Below, piece after piece: positions 1-16,635 of a stretch of 64,000 nucleotides of DNA. The notes beneath the pieces are model-generated. The model was not told where the DNA came from. It saw only the letters and a program-made list of their open reading frames with translations, and made no database searches. The first letter of the stretch is position 1. The number at the start of each line of letters is the position of its first letter. The stretch lies in NCBI RefSeq assembly GCF_009914755.1, contig NC_060926.1; one strand, 5' to 3'. This stretch comes from the human T2T-CHM13v2.0 reference genome, Homo sapiens. The translations under genes were made by a program, and so were the position numbers.

Positions 1-2010
1 TATGAATAATGAGGGCTGACTAAACTTGATTGAAACGTGAGGAACTTTGTGTTTGTAAAAGTTAGCAGTGTTTCTTATTTCAAGGGTTTTATGGCATTCT
101 CTTGCTTATTCTATTAAACCTTTTATTCTTTAAACCTTACAGTGGGCCATATGTATGAAGTTTATAAAGTATTAATGATCTTCTTAACCAAAACAAGAAA
201 AAAATTCCAAAGAGTTCCCAGTTCTCTACTGTTTTATCATCTCAAAAGTTTAAATAAGATGTTCTGCTGCCATTGTTGTTTTTACTGTTTACTATATTAG
301 CACTTTCTCTGATGTGCTTTGGAGGTTGATTGATGAATTTCTTAGGCGTTTTGCTGGAATTAATTTATGGGTGTTTGACTAGATGGTGAAGAGTAGACTG
401 AGAGAATCTTCAAGTGACCATGTCATTGTTTTCTTGCTGTCTTGTCTTGGTGATTAAGATGCAATTCTTTTTAAAACCAAATGGCACTGGTTATCATGTT
501 TCCCAAATCAGAAATCTATTTTAGTTAATATTTTAAAGAAATATGAAGCCACAGCAAAAACCAGTATTATTTTTACTACAGAGTGTTAATGGATGTAAAG
601 AGGTTAGCGAGATATAGTGTTTAATTAATGATGTTTATTTTCACTATATTTAATGAATAATCTTTTTATCTCCTTTAAAGAAAAATAATGTTTATTGGTT
701 AAAGGTAAGAAATAATAGTTAAGACACCAATTTAATTTCAAGATCTTTGACTGTATTATGCATTGTACAATGGATTTCACTTTTCATGAAATGCCTCAGT
801 TTTCCTACTTTTATTTTTGTTTTTTATTACCATTCAACTTATGGTTTTTCTACCTTTAAAATAAAGATAATGATGAATAAAAATAAAAACATAACATTGT
901 ATAAAGCAATACGTTTTTGTTCACTTTTGTTAACTTTAAAATGTATGTAGATATATTAATATATCACAACAATAGCATAAAGGATAAGGGAGGGAATGGA
1001 GTTATATTGGAGAAAATCTTCTATATTTTATTGTAATTAGATTAGTATTAAACTGAGGTAGACTGTGCTAAATTAAGATACATTTTATGATCCCTTGAAC
1101 TACTGCTAAGAAAGTCATTCGATAAATATAATAAAAATCAATCAAGGATTTAAATGATAGATTAAAATTTTTTATTGCAAAAGAGGACAATAAAGGAGGA
1201 ACAGGAGACTAAGAAGGACAGGGGACATGAAGAAAACATGGCAAATTTAAACCCAGCTGTATCAATAATCACATTATATGTAGATGTTCTAAACACTTCA
1301 ATCAAAAGGCAGAGATTGTCAGATCAGATTAAAAAATAACCAGATCCAATTATGTACTCTCTACAAGAGACATATCGTAGATTCAAAGATACAAATAGGT
1401 TAAAAGTAAGAAGATAGAAAAAGATATGCCATGCAGACAGTAAGCACCAGAGAGCTGGAGTAACTATATTAAATTTCAGACAAAATACAGCAAAGATAAG
1501 AAATATTACTTGAGATAAATAGAACCATTTCAAAATGATAAAAGGATCAAGACATCAGAAAGACATAGCAATTGGAAATGTATACACACCTAAAACAGGT
1601 CTCAAAGTATGTGAAGCAAAACTAACTGAATTAAAAGGAGAAATAGGCAATTCACCAGTAACTGATTTCAGTATTCCACTCTCAATAATTGATAGAACAG
1701 CTAGACAGAAAATAAAATGGGATATAGAAGACTTGAAGAACACTCTCAGCCAACTCTACCTAACTCACATGTAAAGAATACATATTTTTTCAAGTACACA
1801 TGGAACATTCTCCAGAATACATCATAAGGGAGGCCATAAAATAAATCTCAGTTCATCTAAGAGGACTGATACCATACAATGTGTTTTCTAATCACAATGC
1901 AATTAAAATTGAAATTAACAACAAAAGGAAATCTGGAAAATTCCCAAATTTTGGAAATTAGGCAACACACAGCTAAATACCTACTGGGTCAAAGAAGAAA
2001 TCACAATAGA

Positions 2011-2300
<290 letters not shown>

Positions 2301-2933
2301 AGAAATCAAAGTAGATTTTAAAATATTTTGGAGTGAAAGAAAATGAAAATGTAACATATCAAAATTATAGAATATTAAAATTATAGAATGCAGATAAGGC
2401 AGTATTTAGAAGGAAATGTATAGCTTTCAACACCTATATCAAAAAGAAGAAAAGTCTGAAGTGGATAACCTGAGCCTCAACCTGAAGAAACTACAGAAAG
2501 AAGGACCAATTAAAACCAAAGTGAGTCAATGAAAGGAAATAATAAAGATTAGAACAGAGCTCAATAAAACAGAAAACAGAAAAGCAATAGCAAAAATCAG
2601 TTTATTAGATTTGTTAATCTTTCCAAAGACTAAAGGATTTATTAATCTAAAGACTAGACTAAAAGTTTAGTCTTTGAAAAGATTAATAAATTTGACAAGC
2701 CTTTAACTAGATTGATCAAGAAAAAAGAGAAGATAAAGATTAGCAAAATCAGGAATGAAAGAAAGAGCAGTGCTATGGCTCCTGCAGAAGTTTATAAGGA
2801 TTATAAAGAAATGTTATGACAGTCTTTATGCCAATAAATTAGATAATTTAGATGCAGTGAACAATTGTCTTAAAAAGATACAAATTATCAAAACAGAAGA
2901 TCTGAATAGACCTATAATTTAAAAATTGAATTA

Positions 2934-3233
<300 letters not shown>

Positions 3234-3683
3234 TTAGTAATTTTAAATATTTCCATAAAGAAAATCCCAGGCCAAGATGATTTCACTGGTGAATTCTATA
3301 AAATGTTTATAGAAGAGATAACATCAATTCTTCCCATACTCTTTCAGAAAATAGATGCCAATATTCTATATGAACAAGCAGTATTATTCTGATACCAAAG
3401 TCATACAGAGACATAAGAAAGCGACAGACCAATATTCTTCATGAATATAGATGTAAAAATTCTTAATCATATTAGCATACTGAATCCAGCCACCCATAAA
3501 GAAGATTATAAATTCCAATTAGAATTTATCCCAGAAATGGAAGGTTGGCTTAACATCTGAAATCAGTCAATGTAAGGTACCATAATAAACAATAAAATCA
3601 TAGAAGATAAAAACCCTATATGATCATTTCAAGATTCAGAAAAAGCATTTGACAGACAACACTCACTGACAATAAGAAATATC

Positions 3684-3990
3684 GGCCGGGCACAGTGGCT
3701 CACACCTGTAATCCCAGCACTTTGGGAGGCCGAGGTGGGCGGATCACAAGGTCAGGAGATTGAGACCATCCTGGCTGACACAGTGAAACCCCGTCTCTAC
3801 TAAAAACACAAAAAATTAGCTGGGCATGGTGGCAGGTGCCTATAGTCCCAGCTTCTCAGGAGGCTGAGGCAGGAGAATGGTGTGAACCTGGAGGCGGAGC
3901 TTGCAGTGAGTCGAGTTTGCACCACTGCACTCCAGCCTGGGTGACAGAGTGAGACTCCATCTCAAAAAAAAAAAAAAAAGTTTAAAAAAA
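3684..3990 (+). mobile_element. AluY-like
   Basis: GGCCGGGCACAGTGG start; GAGAATGGTGTGAACC and GCGGAGCTTGCAGTGAG young-type motifs; A tail; TSD AAGAAATATC / AAGAAATCTC. Confidence 0.93.
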
Positions 3991-4274
3991 GAAATCTCAA
4001 CAGACTAGGAATAAAAGGGAATTTTTCCAACCTGATAAAGAGCATCTACAAAAACCCACAGCTAATATCTTATTCCACGGTGAAAAGCTGAATGTTTTCT
4101 CCCCAAGACTGGGAACAAGGCAAAGAAGTTCTACTCTGACATCTATTCAACATTGTACTGAAGGTTTTAGCCAGTGTGATCAGGCAAGAAAAAGAAGTAA
4201 TAGGCATCCAGATTGGAAAGGAAGAAATAAAACTATCTTATCTGACAACCTATAGGTAGAAAATCCTAAGGAAT

Positions 4275-4277
<3 letters not shown>

Positions 4278-4309
<32 letters not shown>
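4278..4309. repeat. (CA)16 microsatellite
   Basis: Perfect CA dinucleotide run. Confidence 0.97.
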
Positions 4310-4313
<4 letters not shown>

Positions 4314-4943
4314 CTACTAAAACTAACAAACATGTTTAGAAGGGTCACAGGATGCAAGATCAGCATTTAAAAATCTATTGTATTTCTATATACTGAGAGT
4401 GAACAACCTAAAAATTAAATTAAGAAAGAATTCCATTTACAGTAGCATCAAAAAGAATAAAATAGTTGGGTATAAATTTAACAAAATAAGTATAAGACTT
4501 GTACAATGAAAAGTACAAAAATTGCTGAGAAAATTAAAGATCTAAACAAATAGACATTTACATATTTATGGTTTAGAAGATTCAGTGTTGTCAAGAGGGC
4601 AGTTCTCCCCAAAATGATCTATAAATTCCACACAATTCCTATCCAAATCCCAGCAGACTTTTTTTTAGAAATTAACAAGCCAATCCTAAAATTTACGTGG
4701 TAATGCAAAAGACCTAGAAATAGCCAAACCAATTTTGAGAAAGAACTAACTTTGAGGACTTAGACTGCCTCATTTCAAAACTTATAAATCTGTAGTAATC
4801 AACATAATACAATATTGGCACAATATCTACAGGGATATAGACCAAAGGAACACAATTAAAATTCTAGGGAAAAAGCCTCACATTGATTGGCAATGGATTT
4901 TCAACAAAGATGCCAAGACAGCCTTTGATTGCTGAGACAATTA

Positions 4944-5252
<309 letters not shown>

Positions 5253-5804
5253 ATCCATATGCCAAAAAAAAAAATTAGAGCCACACCTCAGACCATACAT
5301 AAAAATGAAATGAACTCAAAATGGATCATAAGCCTAAGTATAAGGGTTAAACTATAAACTCTCAAAAGAAAAATAGAAAATCTTCATGCTTTGGGGTTAA
5401 GCAAAGAGTTCTTAGAAATGATACCAAAAGCACAGCCATAATAGAAAAATTGAGAAATTGGAATTTATAAAAATTAACAATTTCTGCTCTTTGAAACATG
5501 ATCTTAAGAGAATGAAAAGACAAATGACAAACTGGGAAAAAATATTTGCAAATCATATATATGACAAAGGACTTGTATCTAGAACTAAAAAAAATTATTA
5601 GAACTCAATAAAACAACCCAGTGTAAAAGTGGACAAAAGATTTGAATAGATATTTTGCTTAAGAATATATAAAAGGGGCTAATAGGCACATAAAAAGATG
5701 CCCAACTTTGTTAGTCACTAGGGAAATGCAAATTAAAAGCACTGTGAGATACCACTAGTGTTATACCCGCTACAATGGCCATAATCAAAAAAACAGACAA
5801 TACT

Positions 5805-5946
5805 GCTGGGCACAGTCACATGCACCTGTAATCCCAGCTACTTGTGAGGCAGAGGATGGCAGGGAAGGACTGTTTGACAACAGGAGTTTGAAGTTTGAGA
5901 CTAGCCAAGGCACCATAGCAAGACCCCTTTCTCAGAAAAAAAAAAA
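5805..5946 (+). mobile_element. Alu monomer (FLAM/FAM-like)
   Basis: Single arm with A tail; AGACAATA repeated on both sides. Confidence 0.8.
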
Positions 5947-6334
5947 GACAATATCAAATGTTGGTGAGGATGTGGAGAAACTGAAACCCTCATACATTGC
6001 TGGCAGGAATATAAAATGGTAGAGCCTCTTTGGAAAACAGATTGATAGTTTCTTTAAAAGTTAGACATAAACTTACCATATGGACCTGCAATATCAGTCC
6101 CTGAAATCTACCCAAGAAAAATTAACATATTTACACACATAGACATGTACACAAATGTTCATAGGAGCATTATTCGTAATAGCCAAAAACTGGGAACAAT
6201 CCAAATATCTATCAACTGGGGACTGAATAAACCAAATGTAGTATATCCATACAACAGAATAGTATTCGGCAATAAAACAGAATTGAAGTCTTCTTATATG
6301 CTTACCACTTGAGTGAACTTTGAAAACATTATGC

Positions 6335-6665
<331 letters not shown>

Positions 6666-7359
6666 AGACATTATGCTAAGGGAATGATGTCAGACACAAG
6701 GAACAATTTGTATGATTCTGTTTATATGAACTATCCAGAAAAGGCACACTGGTAGAGAGAAAAAGCAGATTGTAGGGCTGGTGTGAGAGTGATGATTAAC
6801 TGCAAACTGGCACAAGAGAACTATTTGTAGTGATGGAAAGGTTCTAAGACTGGATTGTGGTGGTGGTTGCCCAACTTTATGAACTTACTAAAAATCATCC
6901 AATAATATACTTATTGCAGGTGAGTTTGTGGTATGTAATTTATACTTCATTTTTAAAGGATTTTTCTCACTTTTTTGACCTTCTGTGCTTAAATTTTGAG
7001 AGCTCTTCTAAGTCCTTATGTGACAACAATTGATTTGTTTACACTGTCATTAAGCTGTCTGATTTATGCATTTAATATCTATCTCATAAGAATAACAACT
7101 TTTAAAGAAATACCTATTTATATACATACCTTTGTTTCAAATTTATTCTTCCAACACCTCTTTGGGTTTCTCAGTTCCAGCTAAATGGCTTTTGATTCTC
7201 AACTGAAGTTTACTATTCATTGTAAGTTACTGTCTTTTGTTTGACAGATATTTTTCTGGATGACATTAACTTTTAGAAACCACACCATGGAACAATTTTT
7301 TATATATTTTTGATGTCTTTTGTTAAATTCTTTAATGTATTTTCTCAATGAAAATATAA

Positions 7360-7575
<216 letters not shown>

Positions 7576-9193
7576 TGAAATGGGGACTTAACATCAGAAA
7601 ATGTTTTATTCTGTCTTTAGATGTTCTTTTTCCAGACCAAAAGTAGTAAGAATTCCACAGCTGATGGTACAGATAATATTTTAGGTCATTGCCTTTCCAC
7701 TCCTGAATTCCTTTTATCTTCCTCTTAAGACTCTACTTTATTTCTATCCACGAAATCTAGTTGTAGCTTCAGGGCAGACATGTTTGTCATGTTTTGTGAT
7801 ATTATAATTGACTAGCTTGCTTGACACATTAAATGGAAAAATCATAGTTCTGTTGTTCTGAAAGTCTCTACTTAGACTCAGTATCCAGAAAACATGATTT
7901 ATTGTAGGATTAGTTCTACTCATTTTGTATACATAATATGCTAAAAATAGAAACCACTTGCAAAAAAAATTTTTATTTGTCCTGCCATGTAAAAGCAATT
8001 CAGATTTTATTTTACATTTAATGTAAACTTACTTAGGCATCGCTGTTGGAATTAAATATTTTTAATACACCAAACCCCTAAACAAAGTGCCCAGTCTTTT
8101 TTCTCATACATTCTTGCATAGATGAATGCTTTCTAAAGCAATTCAAACTTCATTTATTTTTATCTTTTTTTTTTCCATTTTCCTAACTGAACATTTCTGG
8201 GCTTTATTTATAACTGTCAGAGTTGCTTTGGAAACAACTTCATCTAAATAATGAACACCGATAGTTATATTTGTATTCTAGCAACCCCTACAAAGTGTGT
8301 CTGAATTTTCCTGGGGCAATTAACTCCTCTACATTTTACTACTCCATTCTCTACAAGCATCTCTTTACAAAGCAAATATAATGTGATTTAGCACTCAGTA
8401 AGGGGAGCAACTCATACGTTGATTTCACTGTGTGACTTCCAAAAGTAGCAGTCTTTCCTTTGGGGAATTGTCTATTTTAAGTTTCATCAACACCTACCAA
8501 ATTCTTCAAATAGGGAAAGTGAAAAAAAATTTTTTTTGAGTTTCATGCTAGATGCTGCTGCTGAATGATGCCTCATTACATTATAAAAATAATAAGCTCT
8601 GTGTTTAGGGTGGTGTACCTGAGACTTTATGTTAATTTGCTTAATTGTGTATTGATGCATCGGGCATCTCAAATCATGCTTAAACTTTCATATTCTTAAA
8701 GATATTTTCATGTAATATCATAGTGACTTCTCTGTATGTCAGTAGAACACAAGGACCAGCTCTCTGTAAGCAAGGTGATGTGCCTTTATTGGAGGCTGCC
8801 GGAGCATTGTGGAAATACCCTTAAATAATGTAAATGCATATATAGGTAGTACTTAACTTACAGCACATCACCTTACACACGTTTGCATTTAGGGTGCTCA
8901 GCCAGTTACACCCATGTTATTACTTTATTGGCACTTAGAATAGATAGACAGCAAACAAAACAGCTAACATCAGTCACTCTGCTTCCTGCTGTGCTCTACT
9001 TAAGCATCCCTGATTCCCAGCCTGGGAAACTCTTCTCCCTGCACCCCCTTAACCACATGCCACATCATCCCGACTGAGGGATAAGTCTCTTGGCTCCACA
9101 TCAGCTGAGTCATTCTTGGTGTTTTCTCAAGAGTGCTAGTGCTCTGCATCAGAAGGGCAAGGAAGAGAAGGAATCGAATTAGGTAGCAAACTG

Positions 9194-9480
9194 GGCCTGG
9201 TGCAGTGGCTCATGCCTATAATCCCAGCACTTTGGGAGTCCCAGGCGGGTGGATCACTTGAGGCCAGGAATTTGAGATCAGCCTGGCCAACAAGGCGAAA
9301 CCCTGTCTCTACTAAAAATACAAAAAATTAGCTGGGCGTGGTGGTGCACTACTCGCCTATAGTCCCAGCTCCTTGGGAGGCTGAGGCAAGAGAATCGCTC
9401 AAACCCCAGAGGTTTGCAGTGAGCCAACATCAAGCCACTGCACTCCAGCCAGAGTGAGACTCAGTCTAGAAAAAAAAAAA
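9194..9480 (+). mobile_element. AluS
   Basis: Dimeric Alu; perfect TSD AATTAGGTAGCAAACTGG (9177-9194 / 9481-9498). Confidence 0.95.
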
Positions 9481-9525
9481 AATTAGGTAGCAAACTGGTA
9501 CCAGAGTTAAAAATAAGGAAGGAGA

Positions 9526-9821
9526 GGCCAGGCACGGTGGCTCACGCCTATAATCCTAGCACTTTGGGAAGCCGAGGAAGGTGGATCACCTGAGGCCAGG
9601 AGTTCAAAACCAGCCTGACCAACATGGAGAAACCCTGTTTCTACTAAAAATACAAATTTAGCCAGGCGTGGTGGCGCATGCCTGTAATCCCAGCTACTCA
9701 GGAGGCTAAGGCAGGAGAATCACTTGAACCTGGGAGGCGGAGGTTGCGGTGAGCCAAGATTGGGCCATTGCACTCTAGCCTGGGCGACCGAGTGAGACTC
9801 TGTCTCAAAAAAATAAAAAAA
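9526..9821 (+). mobile_element. AluSp-like
   Basis: GACCAACATGGAGAAACC motif; TSD GGAAGGAGA. Confidence 0.93.
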
Positions 9822-11024
9822 GGGAAGGAGAGAATGGGATTGGACCCACTGATGGTGTCCAAAACTGCAGATTAATAAAATCCCTTTTGCCTGTCTGGCT
9901 AATGTGTTTGACCTCAGGTGAGAAGAGTGAGGCAGAGAAGAGGCTTGTATGTTTATGGACGCAAGTAATACTTAACATTTAAAAATCCTTTAAGATGGCC
10001 CATTAAAAAAAAAAAATCAAGGCTTTAGGAATGACTTCAGCTTTCTCTGATAAGCTGGGTGTAGAACTTAAGAATTTAAGAGATTAAGTAGGAAGCCTTG
10101 ATTTTTGTTGATTCTGTTTCAAATTCAGCTATGTACCTTTCAGTTTAACCTGTGATTGAATCCACTGGAGCAATGATATGTTGAGAAATCAGAGAATGAA
10201 TATTTTAAGCAAAGGTTGATTCATGCATTTTAAAATAGGCATTGCTCAGCATCATTGCTGTTGAGACAATATCTTCTCACAAAAAAGATTCTCTTCTTTC
10301 TAGATGTGAGGATAATGGAGGGTGGACCAGCAAGTATATCTGAAATTGCTGCAAGCTAATCAGCAATGCTTAAAAGGAACAATTAAAGCAGATAAACTCC
10401 AATCCAGTTTCAAAATGGTCACCACTCATTCCAGTTCTCCCCAAAAGTCTCCTCAGTTACACCTGCCAATTCTTTTTTTAAGGAAACCCTGAATGTACAC
10501 CTGATGAAAGTATTTTTCAGCCTTCTTAATTGTTTGCAATAAATATAAGGCAGAATTATAGATGGATCTACAAAAACATTAAATAGAATTTTATGTGTGT
10601 GTGATGACTATTGTTTATATGAAATATTATTTAAATGTATACTATGCATCGTACACTAATACTTTATGGTACTTTTTTCTTATAATCTTCCATGAGGAAG
10701 GAAAGTGCCTATATTTAAAGCTTTTGTATTTGAGTCTTGTTTTTTGAAATCCTTACTTGTCAGCAAGTGTAGAAACTATCTCTACCAGTAATAGTAATTA
10801 TACAGATTCTACCTGAAAAATTATTAAGGAATTTGATTCTAAAGCAAGAGAGAGGTAACTATGAAATCCAGTCATATAGATTATTAAATGCTACCCAAGT
10901 TGTAACTATTGAATTTTTGCAGTTTGAGGGATGTAGAACTTCTTATCAGAAGAGAAATTTCCTTTATCCCAGTTACATCTTATTTAAGATCACATAATTA
11001 CTAATACTTGTGTTAACTTGACTC

Positions 11025-11050
11025 TTCAGTGATATCATTCAGTGATATCA
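11025..11050. repeat. Perfect 13-bp tandem duplication (TTCAGTGATATCA)x2
   Basis: Read directly from the sequence. Confidence 0.9.
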
Positions 11051-12122
11051 TTAAAAGGCAAGAGTTTAAATTTTCTTTGTCCTTTCATGATTCTTCAATA
11101 TATCATAATTAAAATAGTAGAAGAATAAAGATTTAAAAATTAACCTCTCTATATGCTTTAAAAAGCCTAAGCCTCTTATTAAATTATTTTCAATGCATTG
11201 TTCATTTTAAAAAGAAGCCTATTTGATTTGGAGGTGAGGGGGAGGCTATTTCTGCCATTAGTTAGAAAAAACAACTTGAGAAATAAAGAGGATATATTTT
11301 AGTAGAAAATCATCCTTTTTTTATTCTAAAGGGGTAGACAATACGTAAATACAGAAAGAGTCAAAAACTACTAAGGTGGTAACCATAAAATGTGTCTTTA
11401 AAGTATAATTTTATATTCAAAATAATAAAGCTCTATAAATATGATGGAAAGAATTTTGGAGTATGTTGAAATACAGATTATCTCAAAGATTTATCCTTGT
11501 AAAAGGAATGAAATACTTTGTAACTACTGTATACTTTTTTATCTGAAGATCATAAAATTATTTACCAACCGTAACTAATCAGTCCTCCCAGTTCTCCCCA
11601 CCACTACCCCACATCCACTCCCAGGTCTTGTTGGAATGGGTACTGAGAAAAAGCCAAGCTGCAGCCAGGTAACCATAGACATCCAGAACTTTGGTAACTG
11701 GACATCAGAATCTGCAGTTGGGTACCTGCAGACAACCAGATGAAAACCACAAATTTTACTCAGAACTTTGGCAGATTTAGAAGGTAGTTGGTAGCGGAAT
11801 ACCTTAGTCGTGGAGCCCTCCTTTCAGTGGTTACTGTGCTATTTTCATGCAGACTGCAGAAAATTAAGGTGTCCTTATTAGGTATTGTAAGAAGCTAGAT
11901 TTACCCACAGTCAAATTCCAACCTCTAAGAGATTAAAGCTTATAAATTTGACTTCACATATACATGTTACTAATGTAGACATATTCTGTTTTCATTTTAT
12001 CAGTCATGGAAGAATAAGACATGTGAATTAGTTTCTGCTCTTGAGTTCTTTGAAAAACTATGAAAGGTAATACTGATGTAATGTTGAAAAATATTAATAG
12101 GCCTTTATTTCTTCTTGTGTGA

Positions 12123-12560
<438 letters not shown>

Positions 12561-14089
12561 TCTTCTATTTTTAGGTGGCTTTGTGCACTATCAATTTTGA
12601 ATTTTGTTCTTGTTGCATCTGAATTGCGTGGTGTGAATTGTTGATGCCAGTCATGCCTGTATTACCTGGAGTAGTGCCCAGAAATGAGCCACATGATTGG
12701 AAGTTTGGAAAGTAAAGGCTCTCTTTTTCTTCTTTCTCTTCTTCTGTACTTTCTAAAGCTTATTTATGGCCCTGTATCTTATAATTTGGAGGGTGAGCAT
12801 TTTAAAATAACTTGCAGGATTAGACATTACCTTCAAGTAGGAGTGGTAACAGAATGCTTCTTCTGTTACATCACTTCAGAGTTATCTGAGAAAGGCAGTA
12901 GCATTATAGCACTAGCTAAAGTAAACATCAGAGTTTGCCACTTTTCTGAATACCCTCCAATCAATTAATTATTTACATGCTTTCTAAATGCTCCTTCTCA
13001 GTAAGGAGGAAGCGAACTATCTATTTTTAGGAGATCTTTAATTAAAACGAGTATATGCTAATAGTGTGATCCTTAGAATGGGTGGTGATGACAAGTAGTG
13101 GAAGAGAACCAGGGAATGAATCGATCAGGTACCCTTGCACGTGCCTCAGGACTGTGAGGTTTGTGTGTGTGAGTGTGTGTGTGTTTAGCAGGGGGTGAAG
13201 GGATGGGGGCGGGGAGGGAAGTTATCAGCACCTGCCACTTATCAGTAGTCCAGGTTGGACCACCAATTTAACCCTGTCTGATTGTCCTTTCCTCTTCTAG
13301 GTTATCATGTATTCTTTGGTTCTTCTTAGACTTAAGCTTCCTGGAACTAAGCACTTTTGATATATGGTCAGCTAACAGGAAGTCATTAGGAAATAATCTA
13401 GGCTGTAGTAGAAAAGATCAGAGTTTTATGAATTTGTAAATTTTCAGTTCATGCTCAGAATTTCAATTTAACTATGTTATTTGACTTCAGTATATCTTAA
13501 ATCTTCTACAAAAGAGGAATGATTAACTAAATTATGGATTTTTCCCTGCTATCATTATGAAGACTATATAACAATGGAGAGTGTCCCCATTTTAAAAAGT
13601 TACAGTTATATGTATTATAGTTACTAAATAGGAACACACATACACTGATATTGAAAGAATATAGACCTAACTTATAGCAATTCTTTTTCCCTTGGAAAGG
13701 TAACCAGAGTTTCACTTTCTATGTTATGTATTTTTATAATGGCAGTTTTTCTAGTGAGCACTTGTTAATCTTATAATGAGAAAGCTGAATATAAAATTAA
13801 TAATATTTACATTTCTATTTGTAAAAGTTTGTAGCTTATTACTTATAGTACCAGGTTTACCCTGAGGCTATTTTCAAATATTAGATCATACAAAGATCAT
13901 TTTCCCTCCTTGGTAAAATCATCAGTAACTAGTAAGTATTGATCATCTATCATGTTCAAGGCACTGCACGGTTTACAAAAGAAACATCTGAAACAGTTCT
14001 TCAGAACTTTATCCTCGGACTCATCTCCTCTTATGCTCTGAGTCTTGCACTCCCATAAAAGCCCTATTTACATATTAACACTCAAAAAC

Positions 14090-15055
14090 AGATCTCAACT
14101 TCAAAACTATTTTTCTATCTGCTGATTAGACACATCCACATAGATATTTTTTAAGACACTAAAATATATTATGTCCAAATTAATCTTTTCATTTTCTCCC
14201 TAACCCCGAAAAATCATCCCTGCATTTCTTTTACTGAGTGGCAATACTGTTTGCCCAAGCCAGAAATGAGATAAATAGTAGTTACAGTTTAAAGCCAGAG
14301 CTCCTATTCTAACCATTAATCTGTATTGCTTCTTTATCTGATTTTATCCTTGAGTTCGCTTCCTTCTCCCCCAATATCCAGCCATTCATTAAGCCTAGGT
14401 GATCCTACATCCTAAATATTTTTTGACTCGGTCAACTTTTCTCCTGTCCTTTGCCACTGCCTTAGTACAGATGTCCTCATCTGTCTCCTGGACCACAAAA
14501 CCTTGAGTGCCAAGTGATGCCCTTGCCTCCAGGTCTATTCTTCTCTGACATAGTCTCCCCTCTGCACCTTTGCTCATTTCATCCCTCCACATAAAATTGT
14601 TCATTGGCTTTCTCTTTCTCTTCTTGACCTGGCACCTACCTTCCAAAATTGCCATACATTTTTTGTCTGCTCCTGAGTTTTTGCATAGGCTCTCTCTTCT
14701 GCCTAGGAAACTACTTTCCTGCCTCAGCTCTCCTCTTCCTGGTTAACTCCTGTGTTTTTCAGGTTTTAGCATAAGCATCATTTCTTACAGGAAACTTCAT
14801 CTGACCGCCCTCGACACAGATATCATTGTTCTTTGGCTCTATAGTATTGTTTCTCTCATCATGGAATCTATCCCAGTTTGTTGTAGATGTTTATTTAATT
14901 GTCTCTCTGATAAGAATATAAACCCCCTGAGAGCAAAGACAGTGGCAGACTTGCTTACAGTCCTGTTCCACAGCATTATACATGGCGTTACCCACAGTAG
15001 CCTCAGCAAATATTTATTAAATGAATGAATGTATGAACAAGTGAATGAATGAATA
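14090..15055 (+). mobile_element. LINE-2 3' remnant
   Basis: Ends CACAGTAGCCTCAGCAAATATTTATTAAATGAATGAATG, the typical L2 3' terminus; 5' boundary approximate. Confidence 0.75.
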
Positions 15056-15463
15056 TTCTCTCCACCTTTAACAAAAATCACTCAGTTGGGAGGAAACCAT
15101 ATATATAATATGAAGTAGTAAAGCTAATGACTACCTCAGTATCACATTGGCAGTACATGGGCAGAACCCAGGTAAAAATTTGGTTCTCCTAACTACTACT
15201 AATTTGTGCCTTTCTTACTGGACAGTACTGCATTTGGATAAAACAAGTGTCTCAGAAGCCTTTTTAATCAGTACCTAATGGAATTAAGTTTTTGTTTTAA
15301 TGTCAGCCCCCTTTTGCAAAATCCTCAATGCTGTAAATACATTGATTTCACCTTTCATAATCCCATATTGAAGACAGAAATAGAAGTTTATGGTTTTTTT
15401 CAGTAGAAGACAGCTCAAACAAATTAGATGATTGTCATAATTTATCCTTTTTTCTTTTTTTAG

Positions 15464-15492
15464 TTGTTATAGCTGCTGATGGAGTACTGAAG
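15464..15492 (+). CDS. MAP3K20: ZAK exon 6 (29-nt micro-exon, VVIAADGVLK)
   Basis: Long T tract + tag| acceptor, AAG|gtagga donor; needed to link HRDLKSRN to ICDFG in frame. Confidence 0.96.
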
Positions 15493-15593
15493 GTAGGACT
15501 ATTTCTTTTACTTAAAAAAATTGTTAATTTCAGATGTAGATTTTTGTAACTGATAATCCCTTAATTAGCCAATAAGTAGAAAGTTGACACTGA

Positions 15594-15821
<228 letters not shown>

Positions 15822-16635
15822 TAACATGGTTTTATTTTTATTTGAGACTGTACTGCTGGTGGAATGCCTAAAGCAGCACCATTGGAGAACGCTTCCTAGT
15901 TGCCAAAATGTTTAATCATTTTTAATCATCGGAGTTATTTTGTCCTGTGTTGAGAAGAAACCAACACCACTTCCAAGAAACAAATTAAATGGAATCCGAG
16001 ATAGTGTTGGGCTCCGCTTTGCCTGTGAGAATGATTTTTTGCAGGGTGGTAATGTGACTGTGGACTCTCTCTGTAATTTCAATGGAAATGTGGATCATTT
16101 GGAACAGGACTTCATTGTAATGGATTGCTTAAACAGTATAAAATCACCAATAGATCTGCCAAGCGAGTTAATTACCAGGAAACTTTTGAGTCTCAACTAT
16201 TAAACTGATTCATCGGTTTCTAAAAGTCCAAAAGAAAATGTACTTAGCACTTACCAGATGACCTTGTCCATGTCTGCTGCCAGTCTTAGAGTAGCAGTGA
16301 CTATCTGAAGCGTGACTCTAAGGCATTACATAAGAATCACAGCAGAGCCACATAGAGAATAGACTAATGAGGGGGTGGAGTGCTCAAGGAAGAGACCACA
16401 GGAATGAATCCGTTAAGGAGCAGAAGCTCCTGGAGGAGGAATTTGGAGATGGGCCATTTCCTGAGGAATAGGTTATACCTGCATTATCAGAGAGAAGGAA
16501 GTGGAGTGGGAGAGTTCTTTGCTGGAGGAAGGAATTCATTTGTTGCCTTTTGTTGAGGATAAACTTTTCCCTAAAATGTTACGTATTCTTTAAAAAGTCC
16601 AAAATAGTTTTGGAATTCCCTGTCTTTACATCTCA

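Noticed and set aside
1535-1774. 79-aa ORF as an independent gene
   Set aside because: It is a decayed L1 ORF2 endonuclease fragment surrounded by stops and frameshifts.
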